64,000 nucleotides of DNA from Endomicrobiaceae bacterium (GTDB lineage Bacteria; Elusimicrobiota; Endomicrobiia; Endomicrobiales; Endomicrobiaceae): NCBI GenBank assembly GCA_031553505.1, contig JAVBLP010000004.1:89577-153576 (forward strand). Reading direction: 5' to 3'. Numbering within the stretch: the first letter of the stretch is position 1; the number at the start of each line of letters is the position of its first letter. Positions 50,677 to 60,500 of this stretch are shown here, in pieces. The notes beneath the pieces were generated by a model. That model searched no databases, was not told the DNA's origin, and was given only the letters and a program-made list of their open reading frames with translations. A program made the position numbers and the translations under genes.

Positions 50677-51327
50677 GTGAAAATTAAAAAATTTAAGGCT
50701 GTATTGTTTGATATGGACGGGATTATAATCGATTCTATGCCCTATCATTATATTTCGTGGTTTGAGGCGTTAAAAGAGCAGGGCGTGCGTGTTACCCCCG
50801 CGGACGTTTTTGAAATGGAAGGCGCGAAGTGGGATAAAGTTATAAAATTTGCTTTTAAAAGAGATAAGAAGAAATTGTCTGCTGATATCGAAAGGAAAAT
50901 ATTTTCCCAAAGAGAAGAATTTTTTAATAAACATTTTACAAGATACCTTTTTGAAGGCATTGAAGATATGATTAAACGGCTGAAAGAGAAAGGTTTTTTA
51001 ATTGGGCTTGTAACGGGCTCAAGGCTGCATGAAGCAAAAAAGATGATTCCCGCAGATTTATATAATATTCTCGATACAGTTGTTGCCGGCAATATGGTCA
51101 AAAAAGGTAAACCGCATCCAGATTCGTATATCCTTGCCGCAAAAAATTTAAAATTAAAACCTTCTGAATGTATGGTGGTAGAAAACGCCCCTTACGGCAT
51201 AAAGGCGGCAAAAGCCGCGAAAATGTTTTGCGCGGCTATAGCCACAAGCCTGCCGAAAGATAAGCTTGAGCAGGCGGATATCGTATTTGATACGCATCAG
51301 GATTTTTATAAATATTTGGGAAAATAA
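50677..51327 (+). CDS. HAD-IA hydrolase, beta-phosphoglucomutase-like
   Basis: GTG start is required to include motif I (LFDMDGIIIDS). Also VTGS and KGKPHPD, VVENAPYG. Confidence 0.8.
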   Translation: MKIKKFKAVLFDMDGIIIDSMPYHYISWFEALKEQGVRVTPADVFEMEGAKWDKVIKFAFKRDKKKLSADIERKIFSQREEFFNKHFTRYLFEGIEDMIKRLKEKGFLIGLVTGSRLHEAKKMIPADLYNILDTVVAGNMVKKGKPHPDSYILAAKNLKLKPSECMVVENAPYGIKAAKAAKMFCAAIATSLPKDKLEQADIVFDTHQDFYKYLGK

Positions 51328-51373
51328 AAATTTTCTGTTTTGGCGTTAAATATGCTGTGCCGGAGAAAATCTG

Positions 51374-52529
51374 ATGAAGAAAGTTTTGATACAAAGCTTT
51401 TCGATTATAATTTGTTTTATGTTATTTTTTGCCGCGGGATGCAACAAGAAAATGACGGATGCGGATGTCAGGGATATTATGGCAAAAGCGATATTTATAC
51501 CTGTACAGGCTTTTCAGGACGCGGAGACGCTCTATATTAAATCTACTACGACTATTGAGTAAATATTTGAAAGATTTAATGGAAACGCACAAAGACAGCT
51601 TAAATGATGAAGGCGGCGCCTTGCATATCGATGATATTTTATCGGAAAATAAAAACGTACAGGAATATTGGCAGGACGGTCATAAATTTAGAGTATCCGT
51701 ATATAACAAGAGTTTCGCGGCAAACATAGAAGTTCACTTTGTTTTTAACGGTAAGATACTTACGACTGTATCAAACATATCGCCTAAAGAAGAGGTTGAG
51801 TTTACCGAAGAACAGGCAAAAGTTTTTGCGATGTCTAAAGTTTCGGATGACAAAGCCGCGATGTTTAAGGATGCGCTTGGCGCTATAGTTAAATTTAGGT
51901 TTTTAGGGAAAGAAAAATTAGGAAATTATAATTGTTATGTTATTCAGTCGTATTTGCCAAACGATAACGCGGAAGATGAAGAGGACAGGGAATTATTGAA
52001 AACTGCGTATTATGTCGACAAGAAAACTAATATTATAGTAAAAACCGTAATGCCCGGATTTGAAGATATTGCAAACGAGGTCAAAGAAATAAAAAAGATT
52101 CACGGAAAATATATTCCGGTTGTTATTGAAACTGCCTCTGGTGATATTTCAAAAACAATTACGTCATACGAAGTCAGGGTAAATGAGCCGATTGATGCGG
52201 AAATCTTTGACGCGTCGGCTATTCCGGTGGAATTTAATGAGGAATATTACAAGGAAACCGGCGGATTTAAAGGCTTAACGCAGGATTTTGCGGACATGAT
52301 GAAAGCATTTGCGCCGTTTGAAAAAGATGAGGAAGATATTGATTTTTACGATGAAAAGATAACAGAGGAAGAACTGCAAAAACGTTTAGCAGAAACGGAC
52401 AGGCAGCTTGCCGAATCTCAAAAAGAGCTTGATAAAGTTTTGGAAGAAAATAAAAAACAAATGGAACAGCTAGATAAAGATTTAAAAGAAATGCAGGAAA
52501 AAATTGACAAATCAAGGGGCGGCAAGTAA
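51374..52529 (+). pseudogene. LolA-like lipoprotein with coiled-coil tail, apparently frameshifted near 51560
   Basis: ORF 51374..51562 supplies the lipoprotein signal (FFAAGC) and start of the domain. ORF 51459..52529 continues it in the +1 frame (NYNCYVIQSY, YYVDKKTNIIVK). Deleting t51560 would give ...TTTIEKYLKDLMETHKD. Confidence 0.5.
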
Positions 52530-52665
52530 TAAGTAGTAGTTAGAAACGACAAAAAAATGCCAGTGTGATAAAAGTTTTTTTTGTCATTGTGTATGAAAAG
52601 AAGTAAGTAAATATATAAAAACACATTGAAAAATCAACGCGATTTGCAGAATAATAGTTTCCGTG

Positions 52666-52681
52666 TGTTTCACGTGAAACA
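52666..52681. promoter_or_regulatory. parS site (TGTTTCACGTGAAACA), centre of a 32-nt perfect palindrome
   Basis: Exact match to the palindromic parS consensus. The palindrome tttccgtgtgtttcacgtgaaacacacggaaa spans 52658..52689. Confidence 0.85.
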
Positions 52682-52761
52682 CACGGAAAGCCCCAAAAAG
52701 GCGTTAATTTCATTTGGGGTATATCTAAGTACCCTGCAAATTAAAATAGAGCAAGTTTGAA

Positions 52762-54075
52762 ATGAAGAAAAAAGTACTTCTAGTTAACCCCCCTGTCTAT
52801 GATTTTGCCGCTTTTGACCTTTGGGCAAAACCGTTAGGACTGCTATATCTTTCATCAATCTTAAAGCAAAGTGATATTGAAGTTGCCATGTTAGATTATA
52901 TGGACAGATATTTTCAACGTCAGGAAGCGCAGTCTAACAAATATGGCGGAGGACATTATAACAGGCAAGTTGTAAAAAAACCTGAAGTATTACAAAATAT
53001 CCCTAGAGATTTTGCCCGTTACGGAATACCTAAAGAACAGGCAGAACAGTATCTGCAAAATATCGTGACGCCGGAGATAGTACTTGTTACATCAATAATG
53101 ACATATTGGTACCCCGGAGTATTTGAAGCAATAGGGAGCATAAAAAAAATATTTCCAAAAACGCCTGTTGTGCTTGGCGGCGTATATGCAACTTTGTGCG
53201 GCGAACACGCAAAAAAATCCGGAGCCGATTATATAGTAAAAGGCAGTTTTGAATCTTTAAACGGTATATTTAATGATACCGGAATATGTAAAAATAATAT
53301 ATTTACTGCAAATTTTCAGGATTTCTCTCTGCCGGATTACAGTTTTTACCCTGTAAACAATTATATTTGTTTACGCGCTTCAATGGGTTGCCCGTTTAGT
53401 TGCAGTTACTGCGCGCAAAATATATTGTGTAATAATACGTTTACCGCAAAAACGCCTGAACAGGTATTTGGGGAAATTAAATATTTTGCCGAATCTGGCA
53501 TAAATAATTTTGCTTTTTATGATGACGCTTTATTGTATAAACCGGAAGAACTTATAAAGCCGTTATTAAAAAAAATTACGGAATCTAACCTTAATATAAA
53601 TATACATACGCCAAACGGGCTGCATATAAAATATTTGGATAAAGAGCTTGCGGGGCTTATGAAAAAGGCAGGTTTTGTTTCCCCCCGTTTTAGCTTGGAG
53701 ACCTCTAATATTAAAACTCAAAGTGATACCGGCAGCAAAACAACAAACGCGGAGTTTGAAAATGCCGTTGCCATGCTTAATAATGCCGGATACAGAAAAG
53801 GAGAATACACAGTATATTTGCTTATGGGTATGCCGGGGCAAAGCTTGAGCGAGGTTGAAGAGTCAGTAAGATACGCTAACTCTTTTGGAGCAAAAGTATC
53901 TATATCGGAGTATTCTATAATACCGCAGACAAAAGATTTTGCAAAGATAGACAATAAGTATCTGGAAGAGCCCCTCTATCACAACAAATCGGTTTACCCC
54001 CTCTTTGATGTCCGCGACTGGAAGGAAATATACAAAGTAAAACAGCTTGCAATTAAATTGAACAGTTTGCTATAA
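52762..54075 (+). CDS. radical SAM protein with N-terminal B12-binding-like domain
   Basis: KVLLVNPP N-terminal domain. CPFSCSYC radical-SAM motif. Confidence 0.8.
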   Translation: MKKKVLLVNPPVYDFAAFDLWAKPLGLLYLSSILKQSDIEVAMLDYMDRYFQRQEAQSNKYGGGHYNRQVVKKPEVLQNIPRDFARYGIPKEQAEQYLQNIVTPEIVLVTSIMTYWYPGVFEAIGSIKKIFPKTPVVLGGVYATLCGEHAKKSGADYIVKGSFESLNGIFNDTGICKNNIFTANFQDFSLPDYSFYPVNNYICLRASMGCPFSCSYCAQNILCNNTFTAKTPEQVFGEIKYFAESGINNFAFYDDALLYKPEELIKPLLKKITESNLNINIHTPNGLHIKYLDKELAGLMKKAGFVSPRFSLETSNIKTQSDTGSKTTNAEFENAVAMLNNAGYRKGEYTVYLLMGMPGQSLSEVEESVRYANSFGAKVSISEYSIIPQTKDFAKIDNKYLEEPLYHNKSVYPLFDVRDWKEIYKVKQLAIKLNSLL

Positions 54076-54181
54076 TTTTGTTCCGTCGTGAATAACTATA
54101 AAACAAAGCAGGAAGCTAAGAGTACAGAGCGGGCGCAAAGAATTTTCGCCTTTGCAAAAACATAACCGCCTTCTAAATAAA

Positions 54182-54197
54182 TGTTTCACGTGAAACA
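54182..54197. promoter_or_regulatory. parS site (TGTTTCACGTGAAACA) upstream of parA
   Basis: Exact 16-nt consensus, 155 nt upstream of the parA ATG. Confidence 0.85.
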
Positions 54198-54352
54198 AAA
54201 GACAGTTAATAAGTAACAGGTAACAGTGAAAAAACCAATCCTTTTGCAGTCATTGTTCAAAAGTGAAAAGTATGCAGGGTGTTGGATATTTAGCAAGTAA
54301 AGCCTTACCAATATGATAAAAAAGCATTGAAGAATTAAAATTGGAGCACTAA

Positions 54353-55117
54353 ATGAGCAAAGTAATAGCAATAGCTAACCAGAAGGGCGGAGTAGGGAAA
54401 ACAACAACGGCAATCAATCTTGCGGCAAGCCTTGCGCACTTGGGCCAGGAGTGTTTGTTGATAGATATGGATCCGCAGAGCAACACTACAAGCGGTTTGG
54501 GAATCAACAAAAATGCTTTGGCTAAAAACATATATAATGTGTTGATTGATGAAATCGCCTTGGAAGATATTTTGCAGGACACTGTTATGGACTGGCTTGA
54601 CATTGCCCCCGCTACAACTGATTTAAGCGGCGCGGAAGTGGACCTTGTTAACATGGCGGACAGGGAAAAGAAGCTTAAAATCGCGCTTGAAAAATTTCAA
54701 AAAGTGTATAAATACATTATTATAGACTGTCCCCCCTCTTTAGGATTGCTTACAATAAACGCTTTAGTAGCTGCTGACACCGTTATAATACCTATGCAGT
54801 GCGAGTTTTTTGCCCTGGAAGGTTTAGGGCAGCTTTCTAAAACCATATTTGCTTTGATGCAGGATTACAACCTTGAGCTTGAAGGTGTATTATTTACTAT
54901 GTTTGATTCCAGAACAAACCTTTCACAGCAGGTAGTAGAAGAAGTTAAAAAGTTCTTTCAGGAAAAAGTTTACGAAACAAAGATACCAAGAACCATTAAA
55001 CTTGCGGAAGCGCCGAGTTTTGGCAAGCCGGTTTTGATGTATGACCCTTCCGGAAAGGGCACACAGGCGTATATGGATTTTGCGAAAGAATTTTTAGGCA
55101 GGCAGCTTGAAGAATAA
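54353..55117 (+). CDS. parA: chromosome partitioning ATPase ParA/Soj
   Basis: Deviant Walker A IANQKGGVGKTTT. IIDCPPSLG. 155 nt downstream of a perfect parS. Confidence 0.93.
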   Translation: MSKVIAIANQKGGVGKTTTAINLAASLAHLGQECLLIDMDPQSNTTSGLGINKNALAKNIYNVLIDEIALEDILQDTVMDWLDIAPATTDLSGAEVDLVNMADREKKLKIALEKFQKVYKYIIIDCPPSLGLLTINALVAADTVIIPMQCEFFALEGLGQLSKTIFALMQDYNLELEGVLFTMFDSRTNLSQQVVEEVKKFFQEKVYETKIPRTIKLAEAPSFGKPVLMYDPSGKGTQAYMDFAKEFLGRQLEE

Positions 55118-55220
55118 AATAAGCAGATGAAATGATTTTGCCTCCGTTGCGGGACGGCGAAGGCGGAACGGCAATCTGCCTTTTGGATGTCTGAACAATA
55201 ATAAAAGGAAGAAAATTGAA

Positions 55221-55904
55221 ATGAAGCATTCAAATAATCTCTCATATGACGGTAAAGACACAATTGAAATTCCCGCTGTCAGTAAAAAAACGTCAGACGC
55301 GGCTATTTTAATAATAATGTCTGCAATAATGGTTTTTATTGCTCTTAACATTGACAAAATGTTTATCTTTAGTGCTTTGCTGATATTTGTATCTATAGCA
55401 TGTGTGATTTCTATTTATTTACTGATAAAGCCGATTATGTTTTTATTATGTAAAAAAAAGAATATTAAATTTGAGTTTAACGCTGAAGGTTTTGTATATA
55501 GCGGTAAAACAATTAAATGGGCAGATATAAAAAAAATAGAATATAAAGAATTTATATATCAGAGTAAGCACACCCGTTATCATATTAAGGTTTATTATGA
55601 AGGAATGTGGATAGTAAATGATGTATTAAAGAATAAAAAAAATGAAGTTAAGCGCCTTATTCCTCTTGAAATAACAGAAAACATCATCTTAAAGCCGGGT
55701 TCCAAAAAAATAGCGGAGCTTATAGCGGATAAATTTTACCGGTATTACGGCGCGGCAAACGGGCTTATGCTTAAAAAGCGTTTATTTATGAATAAGTATG
55801 AATTGAAGCCGTACCTGCAACAAAAGACCGGCTACGAACACAAGGCGGAAGTGTTTACCGATACGCCGGATAATACAGCCCAAATACCAAGTTTGTTCAG
55901 ATAA
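55221..55904 (+). CDS. hypothetical two-TM membrane protein inserted between parA and parB (possible PH-like domain)
   Basis: AAGGAAG RBS. Two TM helices, then a beta-rich segment FEFNAEGFVYSGKTIKWADIKKIEYKE. Visibly more AT-rich than its neighbours. Confidence 0.5.
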   Translation: MKHSNNLSYDGKDTIEIPAVSKKTSDAAILIIMSAIMVFIALNIDKMFIFSALLIFVSIACVISIYLLIKPIMFLLCKKKNIKFEFNAEGFVYSGKTIKWADIKKIEYKEFIYQSKHTRYHIKVYYEGMWIVNDVLKNKKNEVKRLIPLEITENIILKPGSKKIAELIADKFYRYYGAANGLMLKKRLFMNKYELKPYLQQKTGYEHKAEVFTDTPDNTAQIPSLFR

Positions 55905-55935
55905 TACCAATAAAATTTAAAATGGAGAAAAGAAG

Positions 55936-56796
55936 ATGCAGAAAAAAGCACTTGGCAGAGGTTTAGAATCATTAATCCCTTCACTCGCGGCGGCAAAAGC
56001 GCCGGCAGGGGAAGCGGTTGTTTTAATAGCGTTAAATAAAATAAAGCCAAACAGATTCCAGCCAAGAAAGAAGTTTGATAAAGAAAAACTTCAGGAGCTC
56101 GCGGACTCTATTAAAAAGCACGGCCTTGCACAGCCTATTTTGGTCGCGCCTTCCATAGTTCCAGGAGAGTACGAAATAATAGCAGGGGAAAGGCGTTACC
56201 GCGCATCAAAGCTTGCCGGCAATAAAGATATAAGGGCCATAGTAAAACAGGCGACTGATGACAAACAGCGCTTTGACCTTGCACTTATCGAAAACCTGCA
56301 AAGGGAAGACTTGGACGCGATTGAAGAAGCCAAAGCTTTTAAAAGGCTTATTGAAGAGTTTGGCCATACTCACGAAGACGTAGCGGCGATTATCGGTAAA
56401 GACAGATCAGTAATTTCTAACACTTTAAGGCTTCTTTCTCTGCCTGAGGATATACAGTTGTTAATTGCGGAAGGCAGAATTTCAGCAGGACACGGCAGGA
56501 TGCTTGCCGGCATAGAAGACGAAGCCGGCGTCCGCGCGCTTGTCGACCAGATACTTAACGAGAAGCTTTCCGTAAGAGCCGTTGAAAAAATTACTTCTGA
56601 AATGAAACCGGAAAAAAAATCCAAAGCCCCGAAAAAACAGGAAATTGAGCTTATACATCTGAAAGAAGAAATCCAAAGAAAATTCGGCACAAAGGCAAAT
56701 ATTTCCGGAAGCAGCAAAAAAGGCAAAGTAGAAATATTTTATTATTCCATGGAAGAGCTTGAAAGGATAGCCGCGGAGCTTAACTGTAAGATTTAA
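55936..56796 (+). CDS. parB: chromosome partitioning protein ParB/Spo0J
   Basis: ALGRGLESLI N-terminus, IIAGERRYRASKLAG box, HTH region. Downstream of parA. Confidence 0.93.
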   Translation: MQKKALGRGLESLIPSLAAAKAPAGEAVVLIALNKIKPNRFQPRKKFDKEKLQELADSIKKHGLAQPILVAPSIVPGEYEIIAGERRYRASKLAGNKDIRAIVKQATDDKQRFDLALIENLQREDLDAIEEAKAFKRLIEEFGHTHEDVAAIIGKDRSVISNTLRLLSLPEDIQLLIAEGRISAGHGRMLAGIEDEAGVRALVDQILNEKLSVRAVEKITSEMKPEKKSKAPKKQEIELIHLKEEIQRKFGTKANISGSSKKGKVEIFYYSMEELERIAAELNCKI

Positions 56797-57046
56797 AAAT
56801 GTGTTAATAACCGGTGTTTAACTTTTTATAAATATTTCAATTTTGCAAAAAACCCTTGTTAATATTTAAAGAAAGTAATTGAAAAACCAATCAATAAATG
56901 AAATTATAAACAATTATGTTAAGTTATAAGAGCATATAAAAACGCTTGTGCATAATCTGTTGATAACATTTGAAAAAAGTAAACAGTTTTTAATGTTTTT
57001 AAAAGTAAAAAAATTGAAAAAGCTTTGTTTTTATAATCAAAATTCA

Positions 57047-57075
57047 TTGACAAAAAAAAGGATCTTCGTTAAAAT
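57047..57075 (+). promoter_or_regulatory. candidate promoter TTGACA-17-TAAAAT placed for a leaderless start at ATG 57082
   Basis: Hexamers at 57047..57052 and 57070..57075. Only 6 nt separate the -10 from the ATG. Confidence 0.35.
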
Positions 57076-57081
57076 TACCGT

Positions 57082-57564
57082 ATGCAAAAATTATTTTCCG
57101 CTGCATTATTAGTTTTACTTTTTATGGCAAATTTTGCCTTGCCCGCTGTAAGCGGCGCGCTGGTTCTTCCGGTAAAAGAAAACAGCCCTGCCGCAACCGC
57201 GACCCGCGCGGAGCTGCAGTTTGGCAAAGACTACAGCGCTGTTTTCGCAAAAGTTTGTTTGTCGGTAACAAACAGCATTGTCAGCTTTGTGACCTTTTCA
57301 AATACTGCGGAAACGTCTTTTTCAAAAGCTTCCGAAAATTCTTTTTTAACACGCGACTTTATTTTTACAGGCATACGCCAGGACACGCCCGAAGTATCAG
57401 CATTTTACGGTGCGTTCAATAATAATATGTATCTGTCCCATCCGGTTGCGGTGATATTTGCGGTGATATTTTCTTTTATGCTGTCCTATTTGGGATTATT
57501 GCGCCTTTTTGACGGCGCATCAACTATAAAAAATAAAAATATAAAGCCCGTTTTTGCGTATTAA
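57082..57564 (+). CDS. hypothetical secreted protein with C-terminal membrane anchor
   Basis: Signal peptide. C-terminal helix PVAVIFAVIFSFMLSYLGLL. No RBS, and the ATG lies 6 nt after a TAAAAT -10 (possibly leaderless). Confidence 0.45.
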   Translation: MQKLFSAALLVLLFMANFALPAVSGALVLPVKENSPAATATRAELQFGKDYSAVFAKVCLSVTNSIVSFVTFSNTAETSFSKASENSFLTRDFIFTGIRQDTPEVSAFYGAFNNNMYLSHPVAVIFAVIFSFMLSYLGLLRLFDGASTIKNKNIKPVFAY

Positions 57565-57595
57565 CGCGAAACGGGTTTTTTCTTTGGGGGAAATA

Positions 57596-60500
57596 ATGTT
57601 TTTCAGGAAAATTTGTTCGGTTATTACGGCTGCGTGTTTGATGCTTACTCTAGGACAGCCGCTTTTTGCGGCAATGCCGCGGGAAGAAAGTTCCGTCCGG
57701 CAGCTGTTTGCGGAAAGTAATGGCGCCGCCCACTCTGTCGTGCCCGATTCTTTCGGACAAGTTACCGCCAAAACAAATTTTGACAGCCCTGTTGTAGTAG
57801 TTAATATTCAGGATCTTCACAGCCACCCCCAGGCGCAGAAGAATATTACCGGCATTCTCGCGGCTTTAAGCAAACAATATAATGTTAAAAAAGTATTTAT
57901 TGAAGGTGCCAGTGGAAACGTTGAAGTTTCATGGATTAAAAATATTTCCGATGAAAAATTCAGGGAAAGATTATCCGTGCAGATGCTTAATAGCGGCGTT
58001 TTAACCGCAGGAGAAAATTTTGCGCTTAATAATAACGTGGAACTATTCGGGCTTGAAGATAAAGAAGTGCACGAACAGAATATAAAAAGACTTTCGCGCA
58101 TATATGAAAATGAAGAAAAATACGCTTCCATCGCAAAAAGCATTAAGGATGAAATAAATGTTCTTGCTAAAACTGCTCTCAGCGCTGAAAATGTAAAGTT
58201 TATAGATACGGTTGAAAAATACAGGGCACAGAAAATAGATACCGCAAAGTACTATAAAATCCTGTTGGATTATGTAGAAGAAATAAGCGCCGCTCCCGGG
58301 AAATATTACAATGCCCTCCCGATAACTAATTACAGTATTTCCGAAATAGAAAAAGTTATTGCTTTAGATAAAGCGTCGAAAAAACTCCGCCGGAAAAAAG
58401 TAAGCGTCGAGCTTGCCAAAGAAATACAAGAGATGAAGAACACTATGTCTTTCAGCGAATATGAGGATTTTATACGCTATAGCGCAAATATGCAGGATAT
58501 AGACGCGGTTTGTAAATTTCTTTACTCGAAAGGCGTTGACGGCAAAACACACCCCAACTTAAAAACTTTTGTTTTGCTTAAAGAACTCAATTCAAATATA
58601 AACCCGGTAACTCTTTTTGAACAGGAACACGCTCTTCAAGAAGGAATCAGGGAAGCTCTTGCCGGAACGCAATACGAAAGGGAAATTTCTTTTTTAACGA
58701 GCTTTTCATATTATTTTGAAGGTTATCTCACCAACCAGCTGACCGCCAGCGGGGAATATTTTTTCAACAAATATGCCAAGGATTTCAAAGAGATATATGC
58801 CAAGCATGCTTTTATAAATGTTTTGCCTGTTATACATGAAGATTTTGATTTTTTCGGAAAATATTATTCGACTAACAATAAAAGAAATGAAATTTTTATA
58901 AATAACGTTGAAAAACAGGTTAAGCTTGATACGGGTAAACAGTACTCTCAAAAAGATGCCGGAACAATGCTTAAAAATGCCGCAGAAGTTATTGTGCTTA
59001 TTACCGGCGGATATCACAGCAAAGGCATTACGGAGCTGCTTAACGGCAAAAAGGTCAGCTCTATAGTAATTACTCCGAGGATAGCGGATGATAATTTCGA
59101 TACCGCTTCACTCAGTTATAAAGAAACAATAATCAGCCAGGGCAAGGTTTTAAAAGAAGCGCTTGCTTTTATTGTCTCATCTAAATTAAGCCCGGAAAGA
59201 CGCGCGTACATTTTAGGGCAAACCATTGCGTATCTTGCGGCTAACGGCGTAATGTTCAATGAAAACAATATAAACTACCTTTATGAAATAATGCAGGAAA
59301 AGATTAAAGAAGTTTTTCCGGTTGATACGCCCCAGGTTGTTTTTCAGCAGCAATCAAACAGCATTTTCATGTATATCGGCAATTCCGAGCCGATAATTTT
59401 GGCGAAAGACGCGCATGGCAATATTTCCTTCAACTATACAAGGCAAGCGCGGCAGGAGCAGGTTTCTGCTTCAGAAAAGAAAAGCACGGTACAGAAAATT
59501 ACGTCATATTTTATGAAAGCTTTTATAAATGCGGAGCTTGCCGATAAAAGCAATGAGATTTTATACGCGGTAGTAAAAGAGCTGTTTATGGAAAACACCG
59601 CGATGTACCAATGGGGCCCGATTCCGGAAATTGAAAAAAGAATGCGCATGATTGAAGCCGGCGATACGGCTGTTTCGCGTACGATTGACGGTATAAATAT
59701 TTCAGATGTCAGCAGGCTCCCTCATTTTTTTCAAGAAGCAGCTTTAATAAAACAGATTGAACTTGAAAATAACGACAGTAATAAACCTTCCGGAGGATCA
59801 AAAGGAAAAATTATGACTCCGAAAGAATTTTTTCTGTCGATAACACAGCTGTTTGGCGTGTTATTTTCAATTTTTAAAGAATGTGAAAAGGCCGCAGCGT
59901 ATACGATTGACAGTACATCAGAAACCGAAGTTAGAAAAGAAGAAGCAAATATTTCACAGTTAGCGGCTATTAAATATACTAAAAAAATTATGAACGGCAA
60001 CTTTGTAAGAAGCCTGCCGCACAGAGTGCAGGTGTGGCTAGGTTCCGCTTTGGAAACTCTCGTGGTTAAGCCGGCGTTGAAAGCAATTGACCCGGAAATA
60101 TCCGGTATTTTTGCCGCCGCGCACGGACAGGCAGGGCAGGCGTATATTGACAGGATGGAAACGGACATAAAATTTCAGATTCAGGCAAAAAATACTTCGC
60201 GCATGGTTTTTACAGTGTTGACGCTTCCTGTCACGCTTATGCTGTACGCCTATATACAGACTATTACTATTGTACCAAACGCTATTTTGCTGTCAATCGG
60301 CCTGGCGGTACCACTTGTAATGATGATTGCGGCGGTGGCGGGGGGCATCAAAGAAAGTTATGTCCACTATAAATCTAATTTGGAAGTAGAAACGGCGCGG
60401 GAAAAAGGTGAAAGTTTCTATGCGCCGGAAATGACGCTTCCGGTAATTAAAAAAATTCTTGATTCAGTAAGCTGGATGCCGGTAAAAATAAAAATTGCCT

